A stretch of DNA of 64,000 nt, from positions 11,656,001 to 11,720,000 of the forward strand of contig JAQFVV010000005.1 of the NCBI GenBank assembly GCA_028023455.1, in the 5' to 3' direction. Below the pieces are notes generated by a model. That model did not search any database, had not been told where the DNA came from, and saw nothing but the letters and a program-made list of their open reading frames with translations. The DNA comes from Epiperipatus broadwayi (taxonomy: Eukaryota > Animalia > Onychophora). Positions 52,000-62,812 of the stretch are shown piece after piece (within the stretch, counting starts at the first letter, position 1; every line of letters begins with the position of its first letter). The position numbers and the translations under genes were made by a program.

Positions 52000-53250
52000 A
52001 ACAAAGCTATAGAGAAACCAAAAGTCTCCAAAATATAAACAAACATCTTGTTAAGTTGATATCATAATAAGCAAAAATGATGACATTATTGTTAAACAGA
52101 GAGAGAGCATCTTAAAGTGTGTGAAGAATTTTACAACAAACTACATAGTAATAATGAATAAAAAACAATAAAAGGCCTACAATCACAACAATATTTTTAA
52201 AATGTCAATTATTTTAAATAAAGGGGTGACTGATTCATGCAATTAAATCTGTGAGGAATGGAAACCCAGGAAATGAAACTAGAATTTATATCTTTAAAAA
52301 AAAGCAGATGAAAAATAAATAGTCAATATAAAAAAGATATACTGGACTACAGGAATAAAGCAGCAATGATCTTAATATTTAAGAAAGGTGAAAAAAAAAT
52401 AGAAAGTATAGATATATCATTATTCCTCATTTACAGAGAATTTTAGACTCAAATCAATAATAAAAATAAAAAAAACTGGAATGAAAAGTGATTATAGCAC
52501 AGAAGATCACAGCCAAGTAGTACAAGAAGTTATAGAAAAGATAAATGAGTATGAACTGCTATTATGCTTGGATTTATAGAGTAGTAAAAGATATCTGGTA
52601 AACATTTACTTGGTGATTAAAACTGAAAATAAACCTAGCATTCTGTCAAATTCTGAGATTATTTATTACAAATATATGAAAAGTGGTTCTTTATCCCCAA
52701 AACTTTTTACAAAAGTTTTATGAAAAATATTTGTAGATTAAATTGTAAAAAAATATAAATAAATAGATTATCTATGATTGGTTTTTGCAACAATGTTTCA
52801 GAGTTTCAGAAAATATTACAAGAAAAAGTAGAATAGAAGATAAATGTGAAAAAGATTTATGTTATGTTCAATGGCTTTTTAAAAAAGGAGAAAATAAAAA
52901 TTTAAAATAACAAATTAGAAGAAGTTAATAATTGCAAATATTTTGCTCAGACCATTAGATTGGAAAAGAATGAACAAAATTAATCACTTGAATGGAATAA
53001 ATGCTTTTGGTAAAGATAACTAAATATTTTAAGGAAACATGTCTCTGTATTTTAATAAAAAAGTTTTTAATAAATGCATTTTACCAATATTTATATGTGG
53101 ATCTGTAACTTAAATGATGAATTAAGAAACTGAAATGAAACTGCAATAGATATATTGATAGAAAAAATAGCAAGAGATGAACAGCTGAAGTCTTACGATT
53201 GGATATGACACAAATAAATAAATTTGTTCGAGTAATGTGGAGAAGTTATA
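52000..53250 (+). mobile_element. Decayed RTE-clade LINE
   Basis: MILIFKKGEK, STEDHSQVVQEVIEKINEYELLLCL, SLSPKLFT, CILPIFICGS. Confidence 0.7.
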
Positions 53251-53304
53251 GACCGAAAAAATTGGATTAAAGTTGGAAAAACTTTCATATTAGAATGAAT
53301 GGTG

Positions 53305-53375
53305 TAAAATGCTCCATACAGTAGAGTGGCACTTTAACAGTTGTGAGCAAGCATAAGAAAAGGTGACTATGTGAT
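53305..53375 (+). mobile_element. Short family C insertion
   Basis: ctccatacagtag ... ggtgactatgtgatg; TSD-like gaatgaat(g/a)gtg. Confidence 0.55.
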
Positions 53376-53789
53376 GAATGAATAGTGGTTGAAAATGTAT
53401 GATAATGAAAAAAAAATTGTGTTTAAATAATAAAATGAGTATAAATTTTAACATGACTAAATCAGAACTACTTTTCATTAAATAATGGCATTTGCTTCCT
53501 GCAGCTATTTTACATATAGTTAACATTTGTCTTTTAAACATATCATATAGATATCAGCATAATATTATAAAATTTCCAAGAAGGCATTTTATTTATTTAC
53601 GTTTCTAAACAAAAATAAATTAATAACTCAGATAGAAACATAATAGCTAAAATTAATCATGGAATTAAATTAACATAAAATACTCTTATTCAAAACAATG
53701 TTAAAAGGTAATGTGCTTGTTGGAGAAAGCATCTAATACACAAGTTCTAACATTGTTTACTTATAGGCCTGAAATATGTGAATTTAAAA

Positions 53790-55700
53790 GAAAAATGTGG
53801 GTAGACGAACAAATAAGTATATTATCGTAATAAAAAGAAATTGAATACTAAAAAATCAAATCAAAACGTATAATATGTGAATATGAATTTTTTTCTAGAA
53901 TGATGTGAAGATAAGTAGCAAAGCATCAGAAATATGTATAAAATTCAGAGATCTCATCCGACAATGGATCGATAATAGTTGGAAAATGTTATATAGATAT
54001 CAACTTAATCTACAGCAACACAAGTAATTTAAATAAAGTGCACGAATATTTCCATTTGACTTTTAAAAATGCAATGGGAAAGAAAGTTTATTAAGGCATT
54101 AAAAATATTCCTTTATACGATTATTGTTTAGATCACATTAATTTGCAAAATTATTACTGAATTTGAACTTTTTTTTTTTTGTCTTTAGAAATAATAACTT
54201 AGTGGTAATAAAGAATAGATATAATCAATCCTGTCCGTAAACATAATATATATAAATTGCAACAGACAAAATTAATATAAAAATGAAAGTGAAACTTAAG
54301 GTCTTATATATACAAAGATCAAGTTGATTAAATTGACTTTTCTTTTTCAATTGGATTGCTTTCAAATTAAAATAAGATTTAGTATAAAATTTCTAAACAG
54401 ATGTAAGACTATTAGTTTTTCATTAGAATGCATATATTTTTAGCATTTTCGATTTTAAAGAAGGCGTTATTGTAATAATAAATGAAAATATTTCAATAAA
54501 TACTTTTTTTAAAAAAACTTTGTTATTACAAATAATGACATTTGTTTTCGGCTGCTACTTTACATGCACTCGACATTTGTATTTTAATGTGGGTAAAATT
54601 AACAAATATATATCAAATTTAATAAGTATACGCAACAGAATCTTACCTAATTTTTGCAAAATATTTACATTACTTTTTGAAAATTGAAACTTTGACTTTA
54701 CGTTATCTAAATTTCTTTAATTTGACGAATATCTGGCATGTGGCGACCTCTAGGGCAAAACATATTTCGTGCCAACTACTGTACATTATTATGAAATCGA
54801 AGATATTGTCGTTATCATTAGAAGTCTCTCATAAAAGGGTAGTGCGAAATTACCCGTATAAAAAAAAAGTCAGCACTTAAGTAACCCACTGCAAATAGAG
54901 CCCTTTTCCCCTTCAGAGGAAAAAGAAAAAAATTAAGAGGTATTATTCAGGTTGCAGAGTAGTAAAGACTTTCTACATTTATTTTGTCTTTCAGCTACAA
55001 ATATTGATTAATTAACTAGGTTGATTTGGGCCAAGTACTTAAAAAATTATCTGATCGAATTCAAACCGTAAGCATAGTAAATGGGTACGCTCAGCATTAA
55101 GCTAGACACTCATAAATGATTCAATGTTAATAGAAGAATCGATTAAAAATGAAAAAAAAAGATTAATAATAACATATATGTACTCATTATTGTTAAACAA
55201 TTTTAATGTTTCTTGTCTTGTTTTGTTTAAAAGTTATACGTAAACGATTAAGAAAATGACCGATTTTAAAGCAAACTAAACCGAATCTTAATTATGACGT
55301 ATTCGGTTTAGAAGAAGCAGAACTGACTGATTAGAATAACACCAACCCAAGTTTATCGATAATATTTACACATTTTTAAATGAATACTTAACGTTTTGGA
55401 TTAAAAAAATTAAATTAGAAAGTCTTTAAATATTAAAGCTTTAATTCTAATAGTTTATGAAGAAGGTATTTTATATTTTTCTGAAGAGATTGTAAGATAT
55501 GTATAATTTCATATATAGCGTTAAACAAGCGACCCTTCTTTCCAATTAATATTTTTTTGTATGCTATTCATATTTATTAAAAATGGACATTTAAAAAAAA
55601 AAACATTCTAAAAGCAACATCATCCTTAGAAAATTTCAGTAATGCATTTTTATTTCAATACAAATATCGATTTTTTTTTTTTAAAGGAATCAAATATTGT
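53790..55700. promoter_or_regulatory. CpG-retaining island upstream of ZNF gene 2 with DRE-like and CTCF-like motifs; candidate promoter
   Basis: About 35 CpGs by eye; TATCGATA 55354-55361; TGGCGACCTCTAGGGC 54741-54756. Confidence 0.4.
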
Positions 55701-56847
55701 ATACTTTCGTATTAATATTCTCAACATTCAATACATATATATCTTTTTGTATTATCAATCCATTAATTCTTTTTCGACAGACTAGTGCAGATTGTATGCC
55801 TTTGGAGATTCTGAAGTGCTGTATGTGACTCCATCTAATAATATTTTAAATAGCCATTTTTAAAGCAAAGGAATATATTTCAAATTTTGTCAAGTATAAT
55901 AATTGATTTTTAAATATATATAATAATTGACTTATAGATTTTCAATAATTATTGGTCTATTTAATTATCTAATATATATAAAACAATTGTCTTTATAAAG
56001 GCAATTTCCTGCTTTGTGATGCAGCAAGTTGATCAATAATATTTTCATAATCTGGTTGTTGAGGTTAAATTAATTTAAATAAATATTATTGATAAATTGT
56101 TTAATGACTTTCACTAAGACTAATCCTTAAATAATTTTGAATTCATTTGGCAATGAAAGAGAATCATTTGCCACTTGGTTTTCAAGTACATGTCTTAAGA
56201 AATATCTTTAAAATTATTTTCATTTTATATAAGATGAACTGCAAACCATTAATTAATGCTTTATATATCTCATTTGGTAAGTTAATATGTTATTTGAGTA
56301 TATTTTAAAAAGTAGTCTGTATTCAAAATAGTGAACAACAGTATTTACATGTCCTCTATTTACTTTTGAATGAACGTCTGTAGTTAATGATAGCACTGAC
56401 TGATTTATAATGTTGGGTTAGAGTGAAATTATCAACTATAGCTTTGAAATGAAATTTTTGTTAATTTCTGAGCCCTTACTCATATGGGGCCAAAAATATA
56501 ACTTCCTATGTCTGGGAAAAAATGTATCCCTGACATTTCGATCATTACAATAATTTTAATCACTTATTGTTAAAGTGCATGAACATATAATACAATTCCA
56601 TTTTTTTTAATAATTATAAAAAGATTTTTTCTTTGCAGATAGATAAACATGTAAAAATTAAAGACATCAATTATAAAAAATAAAAAACTGAAATGTGTTT
56701 TACTACATATAATTACTGTATATTTATAAGCTTCTAATTCAGTAGTTTTCCATCAATTTTTTTATTTGAGTATCTCTTAGAAATTCATTTCCACATATTG
56801 AACCTTTCATATTAACAAAATATTAATAATTATTTGAAGTGCTGTTA

Positions 56848-57037
56848 AACAAGGCAAAACTCTCCATACAATAGTGCCACTCAGTGCCAACCAGAATAAT
56901 CAATGGATGCCAGAAGGCTTGTGCATAAAATCCCTATCTAGTGCCTAGTCATCCAATATTCCCAGACTAGTTACTGTATGGAGAGTTTTGGCTTGTTTGA
57001 TAACAATTATGTGCTAGTATAAGAGATGGTGATCATG
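56848..57037 (+). mobile_element. Family C insertion (inverted arm, 25-bp hairpin, tail)
   Basis: aaacaaggcaaaactctccataca / tgtatggagagttttggcttgttt; exact 13-bp TSD tgaagtgctgtta at 56835-56847 and 57038-57050. Confidence 0.88.
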
Positions 57038-58199
57038 TGAAGTGCTGTTATTTCAAATATATCTATGTAAATAAATAGCCTAATAATGAGATTAAAAAGC
57101 AATGGAATATTTGATTTAGAACTTCAAAATTATTTTTTTCCCAATCTTTTTACTTGGTCATCATTTTAAATTTTAAAATAAATTATTCCATTGGGTTTTT
57201 AATCAAAATGTTTGCTCATATATAAAGACCAGTACCTGCATAATAGCATACAAATATTTATAAAGTGGAAGAGAGAAAAACAGCCTATGAATCAAGCTTT
57301 CAATCAGATGCACTGTAATGGCATGTCTACACATTGTTTAGTGAAGAATTTCCTAACATTCACCAAAAAAAATAATGCAGGAAAATAAGATTTCTTAAAG
57401 TGAAATAAATAATGAAGAAAATCTTCTTCACCACTCATTATAATATTCAATTAATTTCAAAACTTTTGATTTTTTTTTTTTTTAATTAATGATTTTAATA
57501 TTCATTCTTGCTTCCATAAACAATCAGTGGAAAAAATACCAATTATTTCCATGAAGTGTTTTGATTAAAACAATCTCTTTTGACGATTGTTTATGAAAAT
57601 AGTGTTAACATTATTGTAAAAACATTAAGAAGATGATGTAATAATATACTTTGTAAATAATATACTTTATCTTTAAATTTAATGAAAGTTTATATCATAA
57701 AAAAAATAAAGTTTAATTTCTCAAATTGTCCGATGTTTGAGAATATTAAGGCAATTGCGATTTTCTACAAATTAAAGGGTTTTGGGAAGTTAACAATTTG
57801 AATTAGTAATGACTTTTGACTTGTTTTATAAATTCATTTTTTTGCATATCCTTAAAAGTCCTGGCCCCATAGATTGAGAAGTATTGCTCTAATTGATTTA
57901 AAACATTTGAATTTATATACATATAACTTTGAACAAAAATGTAATTCATACATAATTTGAAGGAACAATTGATGATGATGATGTGACAACTGCTTTCAAA
58001 CTTTTTATGGTCAGATGTCTGAAAATTTGTTTGGTAGTTGATGAATAATACAAGTGTTAAAAAGAAATTTATCACACTGTTGTGACTCATAAATGAAATC
58101 TATATACTTTTTGCAATTACAGAAATTGAGTAAAAATAACCGAATGTCATAGTATTTTATGAATCACAAAATATGCTTATGTAATGCTAACTTCCCAGC

Positions 58200-58460
58200 A
58201 CCTATTGTTTAATTAATCACATTGAAATAATTACAACAAAATTATCTATATTTAGAGCCATTGTTTTTCTTAATTTATTGTTTAAAGTTGAAATTTGGAT
58301 TTCTTACCATTGTAACATATAGAAAAGTTTCTTTTGAGAATGCTCTGTAAAATTTTAAGAATACAATTGGCAATATCATAAGACAAATTAATATGTTCTT
58401 CAAATTTTTGTATATGATACAATAGAATTTACTATTGTAACCTCACATTTTCATTGAATT
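58200..58460 (-). mobile_element. Possible hAT C-terminal dimerisation-domain remnant
   Basis: Weak MILPIV..RAFSK and STLKQ...MALNID resemblance across frameshifts. Confidence 0.25.
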
Positions 58461-59104
58461 GACTATGTGAAACACGTGACAAATACATGACATTCTAATG
58501 TTTTATGGTGAACTTCAGCATGGCTTTTGTGGAGAGATGAATTCCATTTATGAAATAATGATTATCTCAGTTATTTTGAATAAGTGCAATGTTGATTGTT
58601 TTTATTCAGAAGATAAGGTAAAAGTAAATGCATCAAAGAACTACAATTAGACATAAAATGGCAGTATTTTAGAAAAAAAAGTTATTGGCAAAAGCATCAT
58701 ATTATGTCAAACAATAATGGACTATGAGGGTTTATTTGTGATTTACAGATTGCTTTGTATAATCTTCACAAAACTCATTTCTAGTATGCTATCATTATCG
58801 ACACCAAGGGGATCTTAATGATTATTGATTACTTTGTGAAGTCTTTCTATGTATTTTTTTTGTGTGTTAATTTGAAGATTTTATTAAATAATTTCAATAG
58901 AAACTGATTAACAGGTGTTTAAATTTTGATTGGATCTACTTTACTGATTTGTTTTAATAGAACTTGGTAAAGGGGTAATATTTTTATTATGGATATACTA
59001 TGAAAAAATGTCAATAATAAATCAGTTTTATTATTGCTTATTACAAAAATAATATTAGCTCTAAAAAAAATTTAATATCATTTTAATTGATATTTTATTT
59101 AAAA

Positions 59105-60120
59105 CTAACGTATCCGGCCATGCATTGCTGTGGCTCAGTCTCGTTAAATGGAAAAGAAAGAAAAGAGAAAGTGCACGTTTCTAATATATTTGATTTCACA
59201 ATGCTTGTGGGTATACAATATTTTTCGTTGTTCCATTGTCTGTGCAGATATAGAGATTATCTGGTTTGCTGACTCTAAAACATGCAACATATAATTCTCC
59301 TTGTGAGAAGAAATCCAAGTCTAGATCTAAAACGCACAATTCTAAAGATTGGCCCTGACTGTCTGTGCAGATAGAGATTGTCTGTTTTGCTGACTCTAGA
59401 ACATGCAACATATAATTGTAAATATATTAATTTATTAAGCGCAAGCAGATGATATAATAACATGAAAGGCTGAAATCTTTGACAGATGTGCATTAAAAAT
59501 GCTTATATGACAGCCAATCAGATGTAATAATGACTGCACAAGGAACTCTCAATTCAAAACACAAGGCAGAGATTTTACGGGAACAAGATGGTCCCACCTT
59601 CCTCTCTACTTAAATTTATGTATAAATAAGCCAGACTCAAGCATTTTCAACCAAGAGCGTGAAGCTTTAAACACCTTCACATTTAATTCACTAACATATG
59701 AAAGCAATCCGTGTCTAGATCTAAACCACAATTCTAAAGATTGGCCCTGAGCTTTGTTGATGGTGATTGCAAACGCCAATCGAATTGGGAATTGTAATCT
59801 CTCACACAAAATAATTGAATCAAAATGAAAATAGAAATCTATGAAAATTCAATTTAACAATGCAATCGGAAACATTGAAATGGAATCGTAAAATATTTAA
59901 TATAGCGTGTGTTGCTTTTACATCCAACAGATAGCGCTGTTTTTCAAAAAAAGCATGTTTTTACCTGTCACAGGTATGACATCTATATAATAGTAGATAG
60001 TAAGGATATAAAAACGCGCGTATTCAAATGCAACGTTGTGTCAAAATTTCAAAGCAATCGGTGAAGAACTTTCGGAGATTTAAGATTTTGAACAAACATT
60101 TACATTTTTATTTGTACAGA
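59105..60120 (-). mobile_element. Complete non-autonomous Helitron (1016 bp) carrying a PIF1-helicase C-terminal fragment
   Basis: 5' TC at 60120 after A; 3' hairpin gccacagcaatgcatggc then ...TTAG at 59105 before T (A|T target); RLQFPIRLAFAITINKAQGQSLEL and LYVAC.RVSKPDNLYICTDNGTT. Confidence 0.93.
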
Positions 60121-60138
60121 TTGAGAAAACAGCAGGAT

Positions 60139-60233
60139 AAGATGATCGAGAGGTCAACGACGGCTGGTTTCCAGGCAGTTGTCCCAGGTTAGCGTCCCGG
60201 CTGATGCTATGACACACGAGGAAAAAGAAAAAA
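60139..60233 (+). mobile_element. tRNA-derived SINE, second copy
   Basis: cgagaggtca...gcagttgtcc...cccggctgatgctatgacaca plus A-rich tail. Confidence 0.65.
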
Positions 60234-60562
60234 TATTTCTAATTTACTGAACTGTATAGAACTTCATTATACATATATTTCATTCATTTTTGTATCAGAG
60301 TAAAATCTATATTGATTCTTTTTTTTCCTCAAAGAATATCTATTGAAAGCTTGAAAAAATTTATTTTATTTTAAGTAAACAATCTTTTTTAAAATTACTT
60401 GGAATTTTTTGAAACTATTAGTTTACATTTTATTGAAGACAGTTTTTAATGTCTAAATTAGAATATAAACTAAATTTAACTTTTAAACTCTTAATTCACC
60501 ATCGATTTATATTAGTAATTTGTTTTTATACATGTAGTTTAATCGGACTGTTAACATATATA

Positions 60563-60910
60563 TTGTAACAAAATAAAAATGAGTATGCTCTTCTTTTTAT
60601 ATATCACAGATTTGGGAACCATTTATAATGGAATAAAAATGGGAGCCATGAAAGAATGGTCCTGGTTTAATAATGCCCCATGATTTGCACCACTATTTGT
60701 AATAGAATAAAAATGAGACTGCTCTTCTTTTAATGCCTCAAAGAATTGGGAGTCATTTGCAACTGAATAACTATAATGACCATGGTAATGAAAACTTTAA
60801 TATAATCTGAATGAAAATATAGCCCAATCAATGGCTACCATTTGTAACAATAAAAATATATCCGAAGTTGAATCCCATTTGTAACTGAATAAAAATATAG
60901 GTCATACTGT
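60563..60910 (+). repeat. Degenerate ~65-70-bp tandem repeat with ~135-bp dimeric period
   Basis: atttgtaa..gaataaaaat recurs about 6 times; gag..tgctcttctttt...ttggga..cattt recurs twice. Confidence 0.6.
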
Positions 60911-60929
60911 ATCCTTATTCAGTCTAATT

Positions 60930-61925
60930 ATTGATCACTATTTTTAACACATCATCCAAAACAGTGCTTAATCCTGTGGGAAGAGTTTTTGCTACTAAAG
61001 CTTATCAATGAATAATGCAATATCTGATTTTTTTTTGTTTTGCAAATTTCAGATATCTTTCTCATGTCCGATCATTGACGGAGTATTGTCTGTACAAATG
61101 CTTGCACAGAAATCGCATAAGTTTATATTTTTGAAAAAATTGTCAATGTGATTAAATATTACTTTTCACATTGTTGTTGTTCTTGGAAATTCTTGACAAA
61201 ATAAAAATTAGTTCATAATTGAATCCATATTAATGAATCAAACAAATTCCATCAAGTATGCTTTTCATATTGTCGATTAGCACAAAAATTTGGCTATTAA
61301 GTTTTTTGTTGAACATTTTTTATATTTTCCAACATATCAATTATTCTTTGACTAATAGTATCATTGGAGAGGGGAATTTTATTTATTTCAGCTTCTTTGC
61401 AAATCATATATTTCACCATTATATGACAAGCAGAACCAACTAACACTTCTGCAATTGAATGTTTTCATCCTTTGTGCAATAATTTGGGTTATCTCATAGG
61501 AGGCAATTTGTGCTTTATCAGATACCTTTATTGCCTTTTGAAATTTTTTAATTTGTTTAGTACTATTTGTCATTAATCTCTCAAAATATGTTTTGTCCTT
61601 GGACCCTAAATTTGAGTGAACTTTTCCAAATCTTTTTTAATTTGCTAGAAGCCATTGTACCATTTGTTTTTGTGTGCCCACATGCAACACATAAAGGTGA
61701 TGGCAAATCCTTGTTTCATGTCCATGTAAAACCGAAATTTAAATAATCACTATATTTTCTTGTATTAATTTTCTACCTTTTTATCAGAGGTTCATCCATG
61801 CTGGTACCACTGATATTATTAGCACTATCAATTGATATAGTGTTTATATTTGCTGCAGAACTGCTATTAGTATTACCATCATCTTTAGTTCTGTTTGCCA
61901 TAACAAATTTTCTTATATCCATTTT
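60930..61925 (-). mobile_element. Decayed hAT transposase of the Buster/Charlie (ZBED5/SCAND3-like) group
   Basis: RKYSDYLNFGFTWT*NKDLPSPLCVACG, MASSKLK, KAQIASYEITQIIAQ, ICTDNTPSMIG. Confidence 0.8.
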
Positions 61926-62770
61926 TGGATAAGATAAAAATTTTAAATTGCTTTGATTATAATTGCTTATTATTTATAATTAAGAAGTGATTGATATTTT
62001 ATAATAATCAAATTTGCATATTTATTTATTTAGTTATCTAGATTGATTTCATGGCACATTCTTTGAGTAACAGTGCTCTAAATTAATATTTGAAATTTTA
62101 AGCTGGTTTCATTAATATAAAACAAAAATCACTGCTATTGAAGTATGGTTTTTCAAGTAACAATGTTTGATTTATTATTTTATAACAAAGTCAGATAAAT
62201 GTGAAACAAAAGATGAGTGTTACTTATAAGTTTAGTTAAATGATTCTTGAGGAATCTAGATTTGAATTATCTTAGTAATATGTTTTGGCTTGTTTGGTCC
62301 TTGACTAGATTTATATTAACATTTTTTAAACCATAGTAAAATGTAAATATTTCACAAGAGTATAGACAATTAATAAATAACACAATGATAAACTTTAAAA
62401 AAAATTGCTATGCCAGGTTTTTTATGAGAGCATTTTTATCAAAAATAGACTACAATTTACTTTAGCAAACTAAATATGTTTTTCATAATGCTGATACTTG
62501 TTTGAAATCATGTCATTTATAGGATAATCCGTGGACCCAGATATGTATTAGGTTAAGAAAAATAATCCTCATAAAATAGGAAGGATATGGAGATAAATTT
62601 GATTTTGTTTTATTTAGTACTTGATATGACAAGGATTTAAAATTTATATTAAAAATCAAGTGAGTAAAATAAAGTTTATATAGATTACATAAATTATTTA
62701 AATTAAGTATCAATAATTATGCACTTTAAATGCTCCTTAAAGAAGTTATATTTATTAATAATCTATTTAA

Positions 62771-62812
62771 AGCTTAGCGCTTTCAAAGCTCTATGGCTTC
62801 ATACTCATAGCT
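62771..62812 (-). ncRNA. Minimal type-I hammerhead candidate, family B copy 2 (A3-U8 core, extra U, intact stem I)
   Basis: Minus: agcu AUGAGUA u GAAGC cauaga GCUUU GAAA gcgc UA agcu. Confidence 0.65.
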
